A DNA stretch of 64,000 nucleotides from Candidatus Marinacidobacterales bacterium (GTDB taxonomy: Bacteria; Acidobacteriota; Vicinamibacteria; Marinacidobacterales; DATDRI01): contig CBDCNP010000002.1 of NCBI GenBank assembly GCA_965219415.1, positions 4,288,001 to 4,352,000 of the forward strand, read 5' to 3'. Numbering within the stretch: the stretch's first letter is position 1; every line of letters begins with the position of its first letter. Shown in pieces: positions 20,437 to 30,974 of this stretch. The notes under the pieces are model-generated. The model worked only from the letters and a program-made list of their open reading frames with translations. It was not told the origin of the DNA and did not search any database. Both the position numbers and the translations under genes were made by a program.

Positions 20437-20829
20437 GGATCCGATTGGATCGTCAAATTGATCGACGTCTATCCCGGCGATGCACCTGCCAGCACCTTCT
20501 GCGATATACCGATGGGCGGTTTCCAAATGCACCTCGCCGGGGAGATCATGCGGGGGCGGTTTCGAAACAGTCTCGAGGATCCGCAGCCGATGAAGCCTGG
20601 CGAAGTCACGCCGATTGTCATCGATCTTCGCGACCGCTATCACACCTTCAAGGCCGGGCACAGCATTATGGTCCACATTCAGAGCTCGTGGTTCCCGGCC
20701 TACGACCGGAACCCTCAAATTTACGTAGACATTTACCGGGCCCAACCGGAGGACTACCAATCCGCGACCCAGACGGTTTATCGCTCGGCCCAGTACCCCT
20801 CTCACCTCGTTTTAGGAGTGCTGCCTTAA
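20437..20829 (+). pseudogene. CocE/NonD-family hydrolase C-terminal fragment
   Basis: DWIVKLIDVYP, RGRFRNS, HTFKAGH, QSSWFP..DRNPQ. Confidence 0.85.
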
Positions 20830-20834
20830 GGCAT

Positions 20835-22262
20835 TTACCTCCAACTGAGCGTGTCGAAACGTTCGCCGGCTTTCATGACTAGGTGAATCTTGTGCCACGC
20901 CCAGCGCTCTTCGAGCGGATTGGCCTGGAGTGATATCATGTCGGCGAGCTTGCCGGGCTCCAAGGTTCCGAGATCGTCACCTAAACCGATGTTTTGAGCG
21001 CCGACCGCGGTGCCGGCACGGATCGCATCCATCGGTGTGAAGCCGCCCTCGACCAAGAACTCGATGGCGTTTCCAATGCCGCCGACGTAGAGCGGGTCCA
21101 TCCCAAGACTAATAGGAACACCTGCCTCGAAGGCCGCCAGAACTTGGGTCTGTTGTGTCCGGATAGAAGGGGAGAAGTCGCGTCCCCGGCGGTTCTCGTC
21201 GAAGTCATCGTAGGGGCGATCTTCGGTCTCGACCTCCGGGTGAGCCTTTCGGTGCTCGAAATATTGTTTCTTTTCGAAATCGATCCAATCTCCCGGCCCG
21301 CGCGCACCGGTGTCCATGAACTCCCAAGTGGACTCGTCCGGTCGGAAGCCAACGTACACCAGCGGAGTGAAACAGACGGCGGTACCGCGCTCTAGCATCA
21401 TGTCGATAATCTCCGGGGTCATGGGCCGGGCATGCTCGATGGTATCGACGCCGGCTAGAATGGCGGTCTTCATCGAACGGCCCCATGTACCCGTCGCATG
21501 GGCCGCCACTTTCATGCCCAGACGGTGCGCCTCGTCGACGATCGCTACCATCTCGGGAAGGGTCACCGAGGACTCTTCGGGAGTTTGACCGTACAAACTC
21601 ACCTTGATCCATTCCGCCCCGTGATCGAAGTTCTGCCGGACCTTTTGTGTGGACTCCCAGTTGGGCAGGGGCACCAAGTGAAGCCCGCTGGGATCATCCA
21701 CCCACCGTCCAGATGTCGTCGGGCTCGTCGAACCGAGTAGGCCCACGCCGCTGATGAGAAGACGGGGGCCGGGGATGAGACCTTTCCGGATCCCTTCTCG
21801 CAGGTGTTGGTCGTTGTGATGAGCCTCTCCGGTCACTCTCATCGTCGTTACGCCGCTTAGAAGAGAAACACGCGCGTGCCGAACCATACGAATGGTTTGG
21901 ATTGCGTCGTGCTGCATCATCTGTTCCATCATTCCCGGATTTCCAAGCTTGGGCGTGCCGGAGTCCAGAGCGACTCCATAGCGGATGCTCAGATGGTTGT
22001 GTCCATCGATGAGGCCAGGCAAGAGCGTTTCGCCGGGAAGGTCGATCACGTTTGCGTCATCGGGAATCCGAACGGAAGACTGGGGACCAACCGCTTCAAT
22101 CCGATTCCCGCGAACGACGACCACTCCGTCGATGATGGGCGGCCCGCCGGTGCCATCGATGACGCGGCTGGCCTTGATGGCGATAGGAGATTGCTGCGCT
22201 CCCGTCGTGACTGACGAAGACAGGAACAAGACGAGAGTCAATAAACAACCTATAATTTTCAT
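20835..22262 (-). CDS. Secreted metal-dependent amidohydrolase
   Basis: Signal peptide, PGLIDGHNH, AAHA, IEH, GTLEPGKLAD. Confidence 0.9.
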   Translation of the reverse strand: MKIIGCLLTLVLFLSSSVTTGAQQSPIAIKASRVIDGTGGPPIIDGVVVVRGNRIEAVGPQSSVRIPDDANVIDLPGETLLPGLIDGHNHLSIRYGVALDSGTPKLGNPGMMEQMMQHDAIQTIRMVRHARVSLLSGVTTMRVTGEAHHNDQHLREGIRKGLIPGPRLLISGVGLLGSTSPTTSGRWVDDPSGLHLVPLPNWESTQKVRQNFDHGAEWIKVSLYGQTPEESSVTLPEMVAIVDEAHRLGMKVAAHATGTWGRSMKTAILAGVDTIEHARPMTPEIIDMMLERGTAVCFTPLVYVGFRPDESTWEFMDTGARGPGDWIDFEKKQYFEHRKAHPEVETEDRPYDDFDENRRGRDFSPSIRTQQTQVLAAFEAGVPISLGMDPLYVGGIGNAIEFLVEGGFTPMDAIRAGTAVGAQNIGLGDDLGTLEPGKLADMISLQANPLEERWAWHKIHLVMKAGERFDTLSWR

Positions 22263-22309
22263 GAATACACTCCAGGACGGGCTCAAACCCGCGAAGCGAA
22301 TAATAGACG

Positions 22310-22340
22310 AAAAGAAAGGCCCGGACGAGCCGGGCCCTTT
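22310..22340 (-). terminator. Rho-independent terminator
   Basis: GGCCCGG-ctcgt-CCGGGCC followed by TTTCTTTT on the minus strand. Confidence 0.6.
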
Positions 22341-22637
22341 GCGCTTGAGCCTTTCTGCAAGCTAGGTTTGGCTGTAGCCCAAACGCCTCCACCACCTGTC
22401 CATCATCATTATTTGTCCGGGACTGGACTCTAGGCCCGGACTGCCCTTGAGCACATGCTGGAGAGCGTGGTCAGCGCGCGAGGGAAGGTTGTCCATCATC
22501 ATTATTAATCCGGGACTGGACTCTAGGGCCCGGACCGCCCTCGAGCACATGCTGGAGAGCGTGGTCAGCGCGCGAGGGAAGGTGCTGAGGACGAACTTCT
22601 CGGCGACCAGCCGAGTAACGCGAGCGACCAAGCTGAC

Positions 22638-23687
22638 TCAGGCTGCCTCTCGCCACTCGTATCGATGGTGCAATCCACCGACTCGCGGCAGTGCGACTAC
22701 TTTCGCCGTAGGAGACGGTCGGTGCGTGACCGTTCTCAAGCTCGGTGTGTCCTTGTTCAGCCCCAAGTGGCAACGGTCCTCATGATAGTAGCTGATGTAA
22801 GCTCGCACGAGCCGGATGAGATGACATGCACCGAGAACCACGACGCGCTCAAGGAGCTCGCGACGGCAGCTGCCGACCCACCGCTCCGCGGTTCCGTTTT
22901 GCCATGGGCTGCGAAACGAAGTGCGAACGGGCTTTGTGCCCGTTGCTTTGATGAACTCGATGACCGCAGCGTTAAAGATGAAGTCGCGATCGAAGATAAG
23001 ATATTTCGGAGCGGTGTCGTAGGGAAACGCCTCGCGTAGTTGCTGAATAACCCAAGCAGACGTCGGGTGGAACGTGGCGTTGAAGTGAACGATGTGCCGA
23101 CGGCCGTGCTCGATGACGAAGAAGCCGTACAGCATCCGGAGCGAAGCGGTGGGCACGGTGAACAGATCCATGGCCGCGATATCGTCTTTATGGTTGCGCA
23201 AGAAAGCCATCCATCGCTTCAGCTGGTCGGGCTCCGCGGGATGCCGCGGCAGATATCGCGACACCGTGATCTCGGAGATGATGAAACCGAGCTTGGTGAG
23301 CTCAGCATGGATGCGTGGCGCCCCCCAGCCGTCTTGCGCCATCGTGCGGACGAGGCGACGAATCTCGGCATCAATCCGAGGCCGACCGGGATGGCGGCGC
23401 TGCGAGATCTTTGCCCAGTACCGTCGGAATCGGTCGCGATGCCAACGGGCTACGGTGTCCGCGTGGACGATGAGCAGGCGGCTCGCCCACACGGGCCACG
23501 AACCTCGAAGGGCAACCCAGAAAGCTCGTTCCGTGTCGTCGAGCGGTGGGCGTGGGCGCTCTTTCTTCAGCGCCGTCACTTGCTGCCGCAAAGCGACGTT
23601 CTCCAACACCAGATCGGCGCGGCGCCGACACATCGCCCGAATGGCACGGACGCCAAGTGAGACGAGGAAGACAACAACGTTGAGCAT
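22638..23687 (-). CDS. Integrase-core (rve) DDE transposase, 349 aa
   Basis: WGAPRIHAEL, AMDLF, FDRD, NGTAERWVGSCRRE, VGGLHHRY. Confidence 0.9.
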   Translation of the reverse strand: MLNVVVFLVSLGVRAIRAMCRRRADLVLENVALRQQVTALKKERPRPPLDDTERAFWVALRGSWPVWASRLLIVHADTVARWHRDRFRRYWAKISQRRHPGRPRIDAEIRRLVRTMAQDGWGAPRIHAELTKLGFIISEITVSRYLPRHPAEPDQLKRWMAFLRNHKDDIAAMDLFTVPTASLRMLYGFFVIEHGRRHIVHFNATFHPTSAWVIQQLREAFPYDTAPKYLIFDRDFIFNAAVIEFIKATGTKPVRTSFRSPWQNGTAERWVGSCRRELLERVVVLGACHLIRLVRAYISYYHEDRCHLGLNKDTPSLRTVTHRPSPTAKVVALPRVGGLHHRYEWREAA

Positions 23688-23732
23688 AGCGGCGGAGTTT
23701 CGCCGTCTTCGGCCCGGAATTCAAGCGGAGCG

Positions 23733-23745
23733 TAAGTCCTTGATT
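23733..23745 (-). promoter_or_regulatory. IHF-consensus site in the lineage D left end
   Basis: AATCAAGGACTTA fits WATCAANNNNTTR. Also at 50697-50709; lineage A has AATCAGCAGCTTA (557-569). Confidence 0.45.
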
Positions 23746-24376
23746 TCGTGGGCGGAGCAGTTTTGACGATGCACAACTCCACTGGCGTGCGCGATATGTT
23801 CATTTGGGCTCGACTCCAATACTGTGATACGAGTGGACGGACTCAGTGGTCGAAGGTAGGCGTGTTCCGTCTCGTCAATGCTCCTCCAAACGAGTTTCAC
23901 ATCTGGGCCAGTGATGTCAGCCCAGACCCCCGCGAAGTCAACCATCCAGACTGCCAGAAGTAGCAACGCTCTCAACTTCCGTCACGCCTGTGCCTTCTAT
24001 TTATTCATCCGGGCGCCCCGAACTTGATTAGTCTCCAGTCTGTCGGCACCATACCTGCTTGATTTCGTCGTTTGTTCGCGCTCTCATCTCCGCCTTCAAG
24101 GCTCATCGCGAGCTCGCTCTCGACAATGTCGCTCTTCGGCAGCAGTTCGCCGTCCTCTGCCGTCCGGTGAAACGGCCGCGGCTCTCGAAGGTCGACCGCG
24201 GGTTGGGTAACTGTAAAGCCTAGGGGGCCCTTGGCCCAGTCGCTAAGCTGCTGATTTATGGTCTATTTCAAAAGGGCCGAGTTTTGGCACAGGACGGGAA
24301 GTCACATACGGCTGCGGAAGATGACCGGCTGAGTTCTTGCACCATAAGCGCTACGCGTCGCAACAAGAGCGTCAAG

Positions 24377-26209
24377 TTACTCGGGTCGGCCCATGCCGGA
24401 GCCCCGCGCCTTAAGGCACCACCCATTCTTCTGCAACGCTTCGATGTACGTGCTCGGGCTCATCCGCCCAGCACGCGAGACGCGGCCAGAGAACACCACC
24501 TCCTCCACATTCCCCCGGTGCACGTAGAGCGTGTACGTCCCCGTCCCGGAAAACGTCGCCCAACCGACTGCCCTGGAGAACGACGCGCGCTCGAACTCCA
24601 CGACCACCACGCACTCCCGAATCACGCATACACTCTTCACGATCGGTCCGAACCAACTCACTAGGTCCACGATGAATTCGGCGGCGTACCACCCCGACGC
24701 CGCCGCCCGTTCCCGGTCCTCCCCGTCGAGCAGATCCACCGCCGTACCCAGGGAGCGCCAGCACGCCAACGCGTGCTCTACCTCGGCCCGGCTGCACCGC
24801 GCGAGACCCTCGTAGCGCCGAGGCGGCCTCGGCATGCTCGGGTTAAGGCACAGTTCGAGCACGAATCTCGGATCCGTCGTCGGTTCGTCCAGCGCTTCGA
24901 ACCGGTCCTCCGGCGGTACTTCGAGTGCCTGCGGCAGACCGCCCGTACCGGGATCTTCGACGATCGCCGGATTCGTCCGAAGCGTCTCTATGCGCAAGCG
25001 TTTCGTCTCTTCTTCCCGGTAGACCTTGTGAGCGAACCGCACCTGCCCACCGGCCTGCTCGAACACAATGATGTCGGGTTGCTTCGCCTCCTCGGGAAAC
25101 GGCTCGGAGACCTCTTCCGGCGACGTTACCGTCTCTTCGACGATCTCCTCCCTCGCCCGGCCCGAGCCAGGCTCGCCGTCCTTCCAGTTCCCGCTCTCGC
25201 GCCGCACCCTACGTCGCTGGTAGGTGTAGCCCCGGTACGTCTCTTGCTGGTCGCCGGGTTCCCGTTCGTCCCGTGCCATCGTCACCGGACCGTTGGCCAC
25301 GCCCAGCGGAGACTTCACCGGCAATAGGCAATCCCTCAGCATCCCCGAGACGGGCAGGTCGAACACCTCGCCCGCCTCCGGCCGGATCGACAACATGGCG
25401 AACCGGTACTCCTTCTGTGCCGCGTACTCGCGCGACTCCACATAGATCATCGAACAGATCTTCGCCCATCCCGCCTCGGCCTCGGCGATGCAGTGATAGG
25501 GGTCGTCGACGTACAGGACAGGGCCGTGCAGAACGATCTGCGGCGTTCGATGCACCTCGAACATCTTGAATCCGTGAAAGGCCCCCGTCACGGGGGCCGG
25601 CTTCCCGGTCGCACCGATATGCTCGCACACCCCCAGTCCCAGCGCCTGCGCGAACTGCGTGGGCCGATGGATCCGGGCCACGCTCGTATAGCTCTCAGGG
25701 AACGTGCGGCGCCAAGCGTCCTCTTCGCCAGCCTCCGGCCAGAGCGACGTGCAGTAGATGAGCCAGTCCTTGCCGAACGTCAATGCCGACGTGGCGGTAT
25801 GCGTCCTTTCCGCCTTCATCGTGCCGCTCACTGACAGCTTCGCGTGGCGCAGCCGCAGGCCCGTGTTGACCGCGCGCACGCGCCTGTCCATCTGGGTCGT
25901 CGCTCCTGTCGGACCCTCAATCGTTTCGCGCGTCGATGTCCGGGAGCGTCCCTCCTGTTCGTCCTTGACGAGAACTTCGCCGGTCTCCCGGAAGACGCTT
26001 GGGCGCGAGAGCCGAACTGAGTCCGCCGTTCTGAGGTCGAACCGGGGCTCGGAGGCCTTCGCCAGGCTCAGCGCTTCGGGTGGCAGCTTGCCGGCCAGGT
26101 CGACGTAGATCGTCTGGACCACGTTACCCTGCGGCGTCGTGAACGCTCCCTCGCTCAGCATCCGCGCACCAGCGAACATGGATCGGCTCGTCTGACTTGT
26201 CGTCTTCAT
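24377..26209 (-). CDS. Hypothetical protein, 610 aa
   Basis: Long ORF with GAGG RBS; no family recognised with confidence. Confidence 0.7.
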   Translation of the reverse strand: MKTTSQTSRSMFAGARMLSEGAFTTPQGNVVQTIYVDLAGKLPPEALSLAKASEPRFDLRTADSVRLSRPSVFRETGEVLVKDEQEGRSRTSTRETIEGPTGATTQMDRRVRAVNTGLRLRHAKLSVSGTMKAERTHTATSALTFGKDWLIYCTSLWPEAGEEDAWRRTFPESYTSVARIHRPTQFAQALGLGVCEHIGATGKPAPVTGAFHGFKMFEVHRTPQIVLHGPVLYVDDPYHCIAEAEAGWAKICSMIYVESREYAAQKEYRFAMLSIRPEAGEVFDLPVSGMLRDCLLPVKSPLGVANGPVTMARDEREPGDQQETYRGYTYQRRRVRRESGNWKDGEPGSGRAREEIVEETVTSPEEVSEPFPEEAKQPDIIVFEQAGGQVRFAHKVYREEETKRLRIETLRTNPAIVEDPGTGGLPQALEVPPEDRFEALDEPTTDPRFVLELCLNPSMPRPPRRYEGLARCSRAEVEHALACWRSLGTAVDLLDGEDRERAAASGWYAAEFIVDLVSWFGPIVKSVCVIRECVVVVEFERASFSRAVGWATFSGTGTYTLYVHRGNVEEVVFSGRVSRAGRMSPSTYIEALQKNGWCLKARGSGMGRPE

Positions 26210-26289
26210 CCTCGTCGGTCCCTGGCCGAGCGGCCCACGAGCCTAGCCCAACCCATTGGATTCACGCAGATTCTGCCAAGAGCTGAGTG

Positions 26290-26475
26290 GTGGCCTGGCG
26301 CGCCGCGGGCCGGCACCCGCGCGGTCGGATGCACAGCTGCTGGCGGCCATTCGCAGCGATTCGGCGCGCTCACCGTTCCAGGGTGAGGGCCATCGCAAGG
26401 TCCACGCGCGGCTGCGGATCCTCGACAAGATCCGAGTCTCCCGGACGCGGGTGTTGCGGGTGATGCGTGCGCAGA
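26290..26475 (+). pseudogene. IS3-family transposase fragment
   Basis: RRGP...SDAQLLAAIR...SPFQGEGHRKVHARLR...RVLRVMR. Confidence 0.7.
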
Positions 26476-26539
26476 GGACTGCTCTCGCCCCACAGCCGCG
26501 TAGCGCAAACGTGTGTCCAAGAAACCGGTTGCGGTACAG

Positions 26540-26718
26540 GCGGTTGATCCTGCTTCGTATCGCGGATTCAGGGCAAGAAGAGCGTCTGGCCCAAAACGGC
26601 CTTCTTCATACTCTTGTTCAATCGCCTCACGCAGGTCGGCCGCCTTAATCTTGCTGAAAGACCTAGAGAATCGGGCGTAGCTCTCTACAATGTGGCGATC
26701 AAAGGGAAAGGCCTTCAT
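26540..26718 (-). pseudogene. N-terminus of a large DEAD/DEAH helicase, truncated
   Basis: MKAFPFDRHIVESYARFSRSFSKI...GRFGPDALLALNPRYEAG resembles the N-termini of RM-associated helicases. Confidence 0.55.
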
Positions 26719-27196
26719 CTAGCCCTCTGTATTTGTGCCCGCGGGAATCGCTCCCAGAACATCAAGTTTTCGCCGGATGCCGTCTCTGATTCTTAACGGA
26801 TGAAGCCTACCATGATCGGGTGAATCAGGCGGGTACTGTCAAGGTTGGCGTCGAACGGAACCACCCGACTCTGGCTCGGTCGCAAACACAGACACTAAGC
26901 TGCTGATTGATGGTCTATTTCAAAAGGGCGAGTTTTGGCACAGGACGGGATCAAGTTTTGGCACAGGACGCCCGCCGTAGGAATCGATCTCGAGGCGAAG
27001 GTGGTTGCGAACGGAGTGACTCATAACGTGACGGCCACAAGTTCAAATCCTATCCTCCCGACCCACCTTTTCAAAACCTCTGGGAGGAACCTACGGAGTT
27101 TCGCAGGCCTCTCATGGCTCTCTGCTCGTCAATACGCGATCTTCTTTTTTGCGGATCACAGGTAGTAACTACTGTGTTGGTATTTTGTACGCTGGC

Positions 27197-27694
27197 TTAG
27201 GCAGGAGAGACTTCCTTGATCCGTCCAGTGGCACAATCATAGACAAAGCCGCGGACTTGATCCTTGTAGCAGATAAAGGGATTGGCCTGAACGCGGGACA
27301 TGGATTGACGAACATCCTGTTCTAGATCCCTGAACGCCTCCAACGCAAAGGATGGGCGCAAGCCGGTATCAGCTTCGATGGAGTCTTTAACGTCGTCATC
27401 ACGGAAGGTGAGCATCCCGCAGTCTGTGTGGTGAATCAGCATGATTACTTGAGTGCCCAACAGTCGTTGGGAAATTACTAGTGACCGGATGGCATCGTCG
27501 CTTACGACGCCGCCCGCATTGCGTATCACGTGAGCGTCGCCTTCCTGAAGACCCAGGATCCGGTGAAGATCCAGGCGTGCGTCCATACAGGCCAAGACAG
27601 CCAGCTTACGTTCCGGAGGCAGTGGTAGGTTGCCTTTGTCGAAACTTTGTGCATAGCGGGCGTTATTGTTAAGCACTTCGTCAATCACACTCAT
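27197..27694 (-). CDS. Beta-class carbonic anhydrase (clade D-like)
   Basis: CMDARLD, RNAGG and HHTDCGM zinc motifs. Confidence 0.92.
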   Translation of the reverse strand: MSVIDEVLNNNARYAQSFDKGNLPLPPERKLAVLACMDARLDLHRILGLQEGDAHVIRNAGGVVSDDAIRSLVISQRLLGTQVIMLIHHTDCGMLTFRDDDVKDSIEADTGLRPSFALEAFRDLEQDVRQSMSRVQANPFICYKDQVRGFVYDCATGRIKEVSPA

Positions 27695-27701
27695 TTGACC
27701 T

Positions 27702-27848
27702 CGTCCTGTGCCAAAACTCGGCCCTTTTGAAATAGACCACAAATCAGCAGCTTAGACGCCCTTGGAATCCGCGCAGAATCCAGGGTATTTCGCGCCGCAG
27801 GGCTGACTTCCGACCCATGGGCTGGCGGATGAATAAATAGAAGGCACA
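27702..27848. mobile_element. 147-bp MITE joining lineage A and E ends
   Basis: CGTCCTGTGCCAAAAC ... AAATAGAAGGCACA. Copies at 30471-30617, 48335-48482, 48483-48594 (partial) and 48869-48990 (partial). Confidence 0.85.
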
Positions 27849-28023
27849 CCACTCGTCACTCGATTACAACAGCCCAATGGTGTTCGAACGGATGCATGGC
27901 CTCAAAACTGCTCATGTGAGATAATCAACCTGTCCTCTTTTCCTGGGCAAGGTCACCAGTATGCTCCTCACGAGCGTGTTGCCAGCCCCACTATCCGTCG
28001 GTAGCGGTCAAGATGGAACGAGC

Positions 28024-28497
28024 ATGCTTGAGTTGTTGACTGCGTTACTTACGCCTCTGATCGCTGCTATTGCGGTATACATTGCCTATCAGCAATGGCA
28101 AACCAACCGCCGAAGACTCGATGTCGACCTCTATGACCGCAGGCTGCGAATATACGAAACCGTCACCAAGTATATCAGTGCTGTGCTGACAACCCTCCAT
28201 CCGACGTTGGAAGACCTTCTTGAGTTTCGGAGGTCTACCGCAGAGGCTGATTTTCTTTTTGGATCTGATATCAGGAAGTACTTGGACGACCTATTCGCGC
28301 ACGGCCTCGAACTACGAAAGTGGCAGGAAAAATACCGGGACTCAACGCAAGACTACCCAGCAGACGACGATCACAACACGGTCGTTGAAGGACAAACCTC
28401 GGAATCCTCTTGGTTTGCCGACCAACACGAGATAGCGCTCCGGCGATTCAAGGAATACTTGAACCTTCTGCCAGAAAAGCGGTGCTTCCGCCATTAA
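28024..28497 (+). CDS. Hypothetical protein with N-terminal TM helix; stop codon supplied by the MITE
   Basis: LTPLIAAIAVYIAYQQW...DLYDRRL; last codons overlap the MITE from 28481. Confidence 0.65.
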   Translation: MLELLTALLTPLIAAIAVYIAYQQWQTNRRRLDVDLYDRRLRIYETVTKYISAVLTTLHPTLEDLLEFRRSTAEADFLFGSDIRKYLDDLFAHGLELRKWQEKYRDSTQDYPADDDHNTVVEGQTSESSWFADQHEIALRRFKEYLNLLPEKRCFRH

Positions 28498-28646
28498 GTG
28501 TTGGTGAGATGGCGCTAACACTTTACGGTGCATTAAATTACAACCAAAATAACGCTCGTGACCTTCGCTGCGCACTAAATGGAGCGTAAGCGCCTATTTT
28601 GCAAAGGGATGCGCACACATCACCAACAGTAAATGGCGCAAGCACC
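28481..28646. mobile_element. 166-bp IS1-type MITE
   Basis: Full copy with both termini. Confidence 0.85.
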
Positions 28647-28948
28647 CGGAGGATAGCGAGAGGGAAGATCTCATTCGCATCCTGCGCGTGGTAGGCCAAA
28701 TCCTTCACTGGCGAAGGGAACCCGGCCTGCCAGCGGCCATCGATACAATAAAGCATGTGACGACAAGACATCCCTTGATATTCGCCGATGACTGCGAGAG
28801 ATTGGTGCTTGAGGGGTTACATCGCATGATCGGCGATACGACCATTCATGCGCCAGGCGGCGGCCCGTGTCTCGACACGGACCGAGATGGTCTGGACGTG
28901 TCCACGAAACTGGTCGTGAGGCGCGCGGCGGCCCGTTTGGCGTATGTG

Positions 28949-29194
28949 GGTGCTTCCGCAATCAAGTGTTGGTGGCTGCCGCGTAACCCGCTCGCGTGCT
29001 AGAGTTTGAGCCTGATTTCCAGAGACGCAGTTCTTTCGGCGATGCCGGCTGAGCTTACCACGCGGTGATTGTGACGTTCAGAGACATCTTTGTATGCGCG
29101 CCGACATCCTTATTTGTGGCGTTCGCCGACACAGGCAGGCCAACTGACACTAGCATTCAAACGCGGCGTAGCAACACTTGATGGCGGAAGCACC
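28949..29194. mobile_element. ~245-bp IS1-type MITE
   Basis: Both termini; flanks CGTATGTG/ACTATGTG may be a decayed 8-bp TSD. Confidence 0.8.
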
Positions 29195-29332
29195 ACTATG
29201 TGCGGCTGCCTGAGTAAATACGTTCGAGTGCCGTCCCGAGCCGCCCCGTGGGTTCGGGTCAGGTCAGTCTAAAGCGCCCAATCAACGCTGGATAGACTTT
29301 TTGCGGAGCACAACCGTGTAAAAGAGGAACGA

Positions 29333-30100
29333 ATGATGATGCCCAATGTGCCCGAACAGTTGACCGATGCCTGGACGCGTCTGTATCGCGCAAAAGAGAA
29401 TTACGAGGCCCTAACAGAGGAGGTCACGAAGTTCCTGTATGAATACGTGAAGGGGATGGTCAAAGGGTGGAATCCTGAAACCGATGGTTTCGTACTGCAA
29501 CTTCGGCATCCCAGAGAGAGCATAATGACTGGAAGGCCACGAGCCTTGGTTGTAGATATTGTAGAGGATGTGCGTGCTGCACTTGACTACATGGTCTTTG
29601 AATTATCCGCATTGAGCACGCCCGACTTGAATGAAAAGACACCACAATTTGTCATTGCCGACACAAAAGAAGATTTTGACTGGCAGAGCAAAATCAGGCT
29701 GCGCTATTTAACTGATGAGCAAAAAACGGCATTCATCGAGGAATTACAACCTTTTAATGGAAATCAACTGTTGAGTCTATTGCGTGACATAGCGGGCCAA
29801 AGCAAACACAGGCACTTGCTATCGGTACGGGACAATTCCGGCTGGGATATCTATATGGCGGAGGCCACAAAAAGAGAGGAATATAAGGACTGCTTTATGT
29901 ATCCGATGGAAAAGGGCCGAGCCTTTTTCGCAAAACCAAAATCCTACAGCATCATTTTATTGGAAAAGTACGATGCGATGAAGACACTGAAAGCGATGGC
30001 CGAGCACGTAGGGGATATCGTCCAGTTATCTCACTGTTTCTTCGAAGGCCGCCCGTTCGAGATGAGCATCGTAACATCCGCAGCGTCGGAAGAATTCTGA
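29333..30100 (+). CDS. Hypothetical protein (RAALDY...KHR; possibly HEPN-like)
   Basis: AT-richer ORF with AGAGG RBS. Confidence 0.65.
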   Translation: MMMPNVPEQLTDAWTRLYRAKENYEALTEEVTKFLYEYVKGMVKGWNPETDGFVLQLRHPRESIMTGRPRALVVDIVEDVRAALDYMVFELSALSTPDLNEKTPQFVIADTKEDFDWQSKIRLRYLTDEQKTAFIEELQPFNGNQLLSLLRDIAGQSKHRHLLSVRDNSGWDIYMAEATKREEYKDCFMYPMEKGRAFFAKPKSYSIILLEKYDAMKTLKAMAEHVGDIVQLSHCFFEGRPFEMSIVTSAASEEF

Positions 30101-30168
30101 TTAACTTCTAGTATGTTCGATCATGCAGTGTCGGTCGGAGGTCGAGCCTTCCTGATCACAGCCGTCCT

Positions 30169-30617
30169 CGTCGTGTCCAAAAATACAAACGAACTCAAGA
30201 CTCGCGCGCCGGGACGTTTCGGATTAGAGGTGTCTAGTGTGCATCGTCAAAACTGCTCCGCCCACGAAATCAAGGACGTACGCTCCGCTTGAATTCTCCG
30301 GGCCGAAGACGGCGAAACTCCGCCGCTATGCTCGACGTTGTTGTCTTCCTCGTCTCACTTGGCGTCCGTGTCATTCGGGCGATGTGTCGGCGCCGCGCCG
30401 ACCTGGTGTTGGAGAACGTCGCTTTGCGGCAGCAAGTGACGGCGCTGAAGAAAGAGCGCCCACGCCCACCTGTGCCTTCTATTTATTCATCCGCCAGCCC
30501 ATGGGTCGGAAGTCAGCCCTGCGGCGCGAAATACCCTGGATTCTGCGCGGATTCCAAGGGCGTCTAAGCTGCTGATTTGTGGTCTATTTCTAAAGGGCCG
30601 AGTTTTGGCACAGGACG
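30169..30617. mobile_element. Nested ends: lineage C, lineage D 5' part, 147-bp MITE
   Basis: C end at 30169, D end at about 30238, MITE at 30471-30617. Confidence 0.8.
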
Positions 30618-30626
30618 GGTAAACCG

Positions 30627-30974
30627 TCAATGAGCTTTTTCCCCTTGTTCCTCTGGTACTTGGATCTGGGGACTGCTCGTCTGGCTTTTGCCTGTAGACC
30701 TTAGGTACGCTTCAAGCTTTTCGTCTGCATCGACCGCGAGTTCACCGCGTTCGGTGTAGACACCGATCTCCCGCGCTAGGTCATCCGCTCGTGCCGGGAT
30801 GAAGGCCGTCTCACCTTGGACGCGGCGGATGATGTCCTGCAGTGTTGTGTCGGCATCTGTTCGTTCCTGCGCTCTTTTTCGGTAGTTTTTTGCTGCATCG
30901 GCCATCAGTGTGGTGCCAACATATGTGGCAGCGAGAAGCATCAAGGCGAGAATCACAGACAGTAATGGGCGCAT
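30627..30974 (-). CDS. Small hypothetical protein with N-terminal hydrophobic helix
   Basis: 115-aa ORF with AAGGA RBS. Confidence 0.5.
   Translation of the reverse strand: MRPLLSVILALMLLAATYVGTTLMADAAKNYRKRAQERTDADTTLQDIIRRVQGETAFIPARADDLAREIGVYTERGELAVDADEKLEAYLRSTGKSQTSSPQIQVPEEQGEKAH

Larger units (their letters stand above)
22490..23775 (-). mobile_element. rve/DDE IS lineage D copy 1; extra right end at 22397-22489
   Basis: Ends TGTCCATCATCATTAT and TGTGCATCGTCAAAAC. Confidence 0.88.

Noticed and set aside
22365-22396. CGCCTCCACCA resembling a tmRNA/tRNA 3' end (att site)
   Set aside because: No T-arm GTTCGA upstream; better read as a minus-strand gene tail ahead of a terminator.
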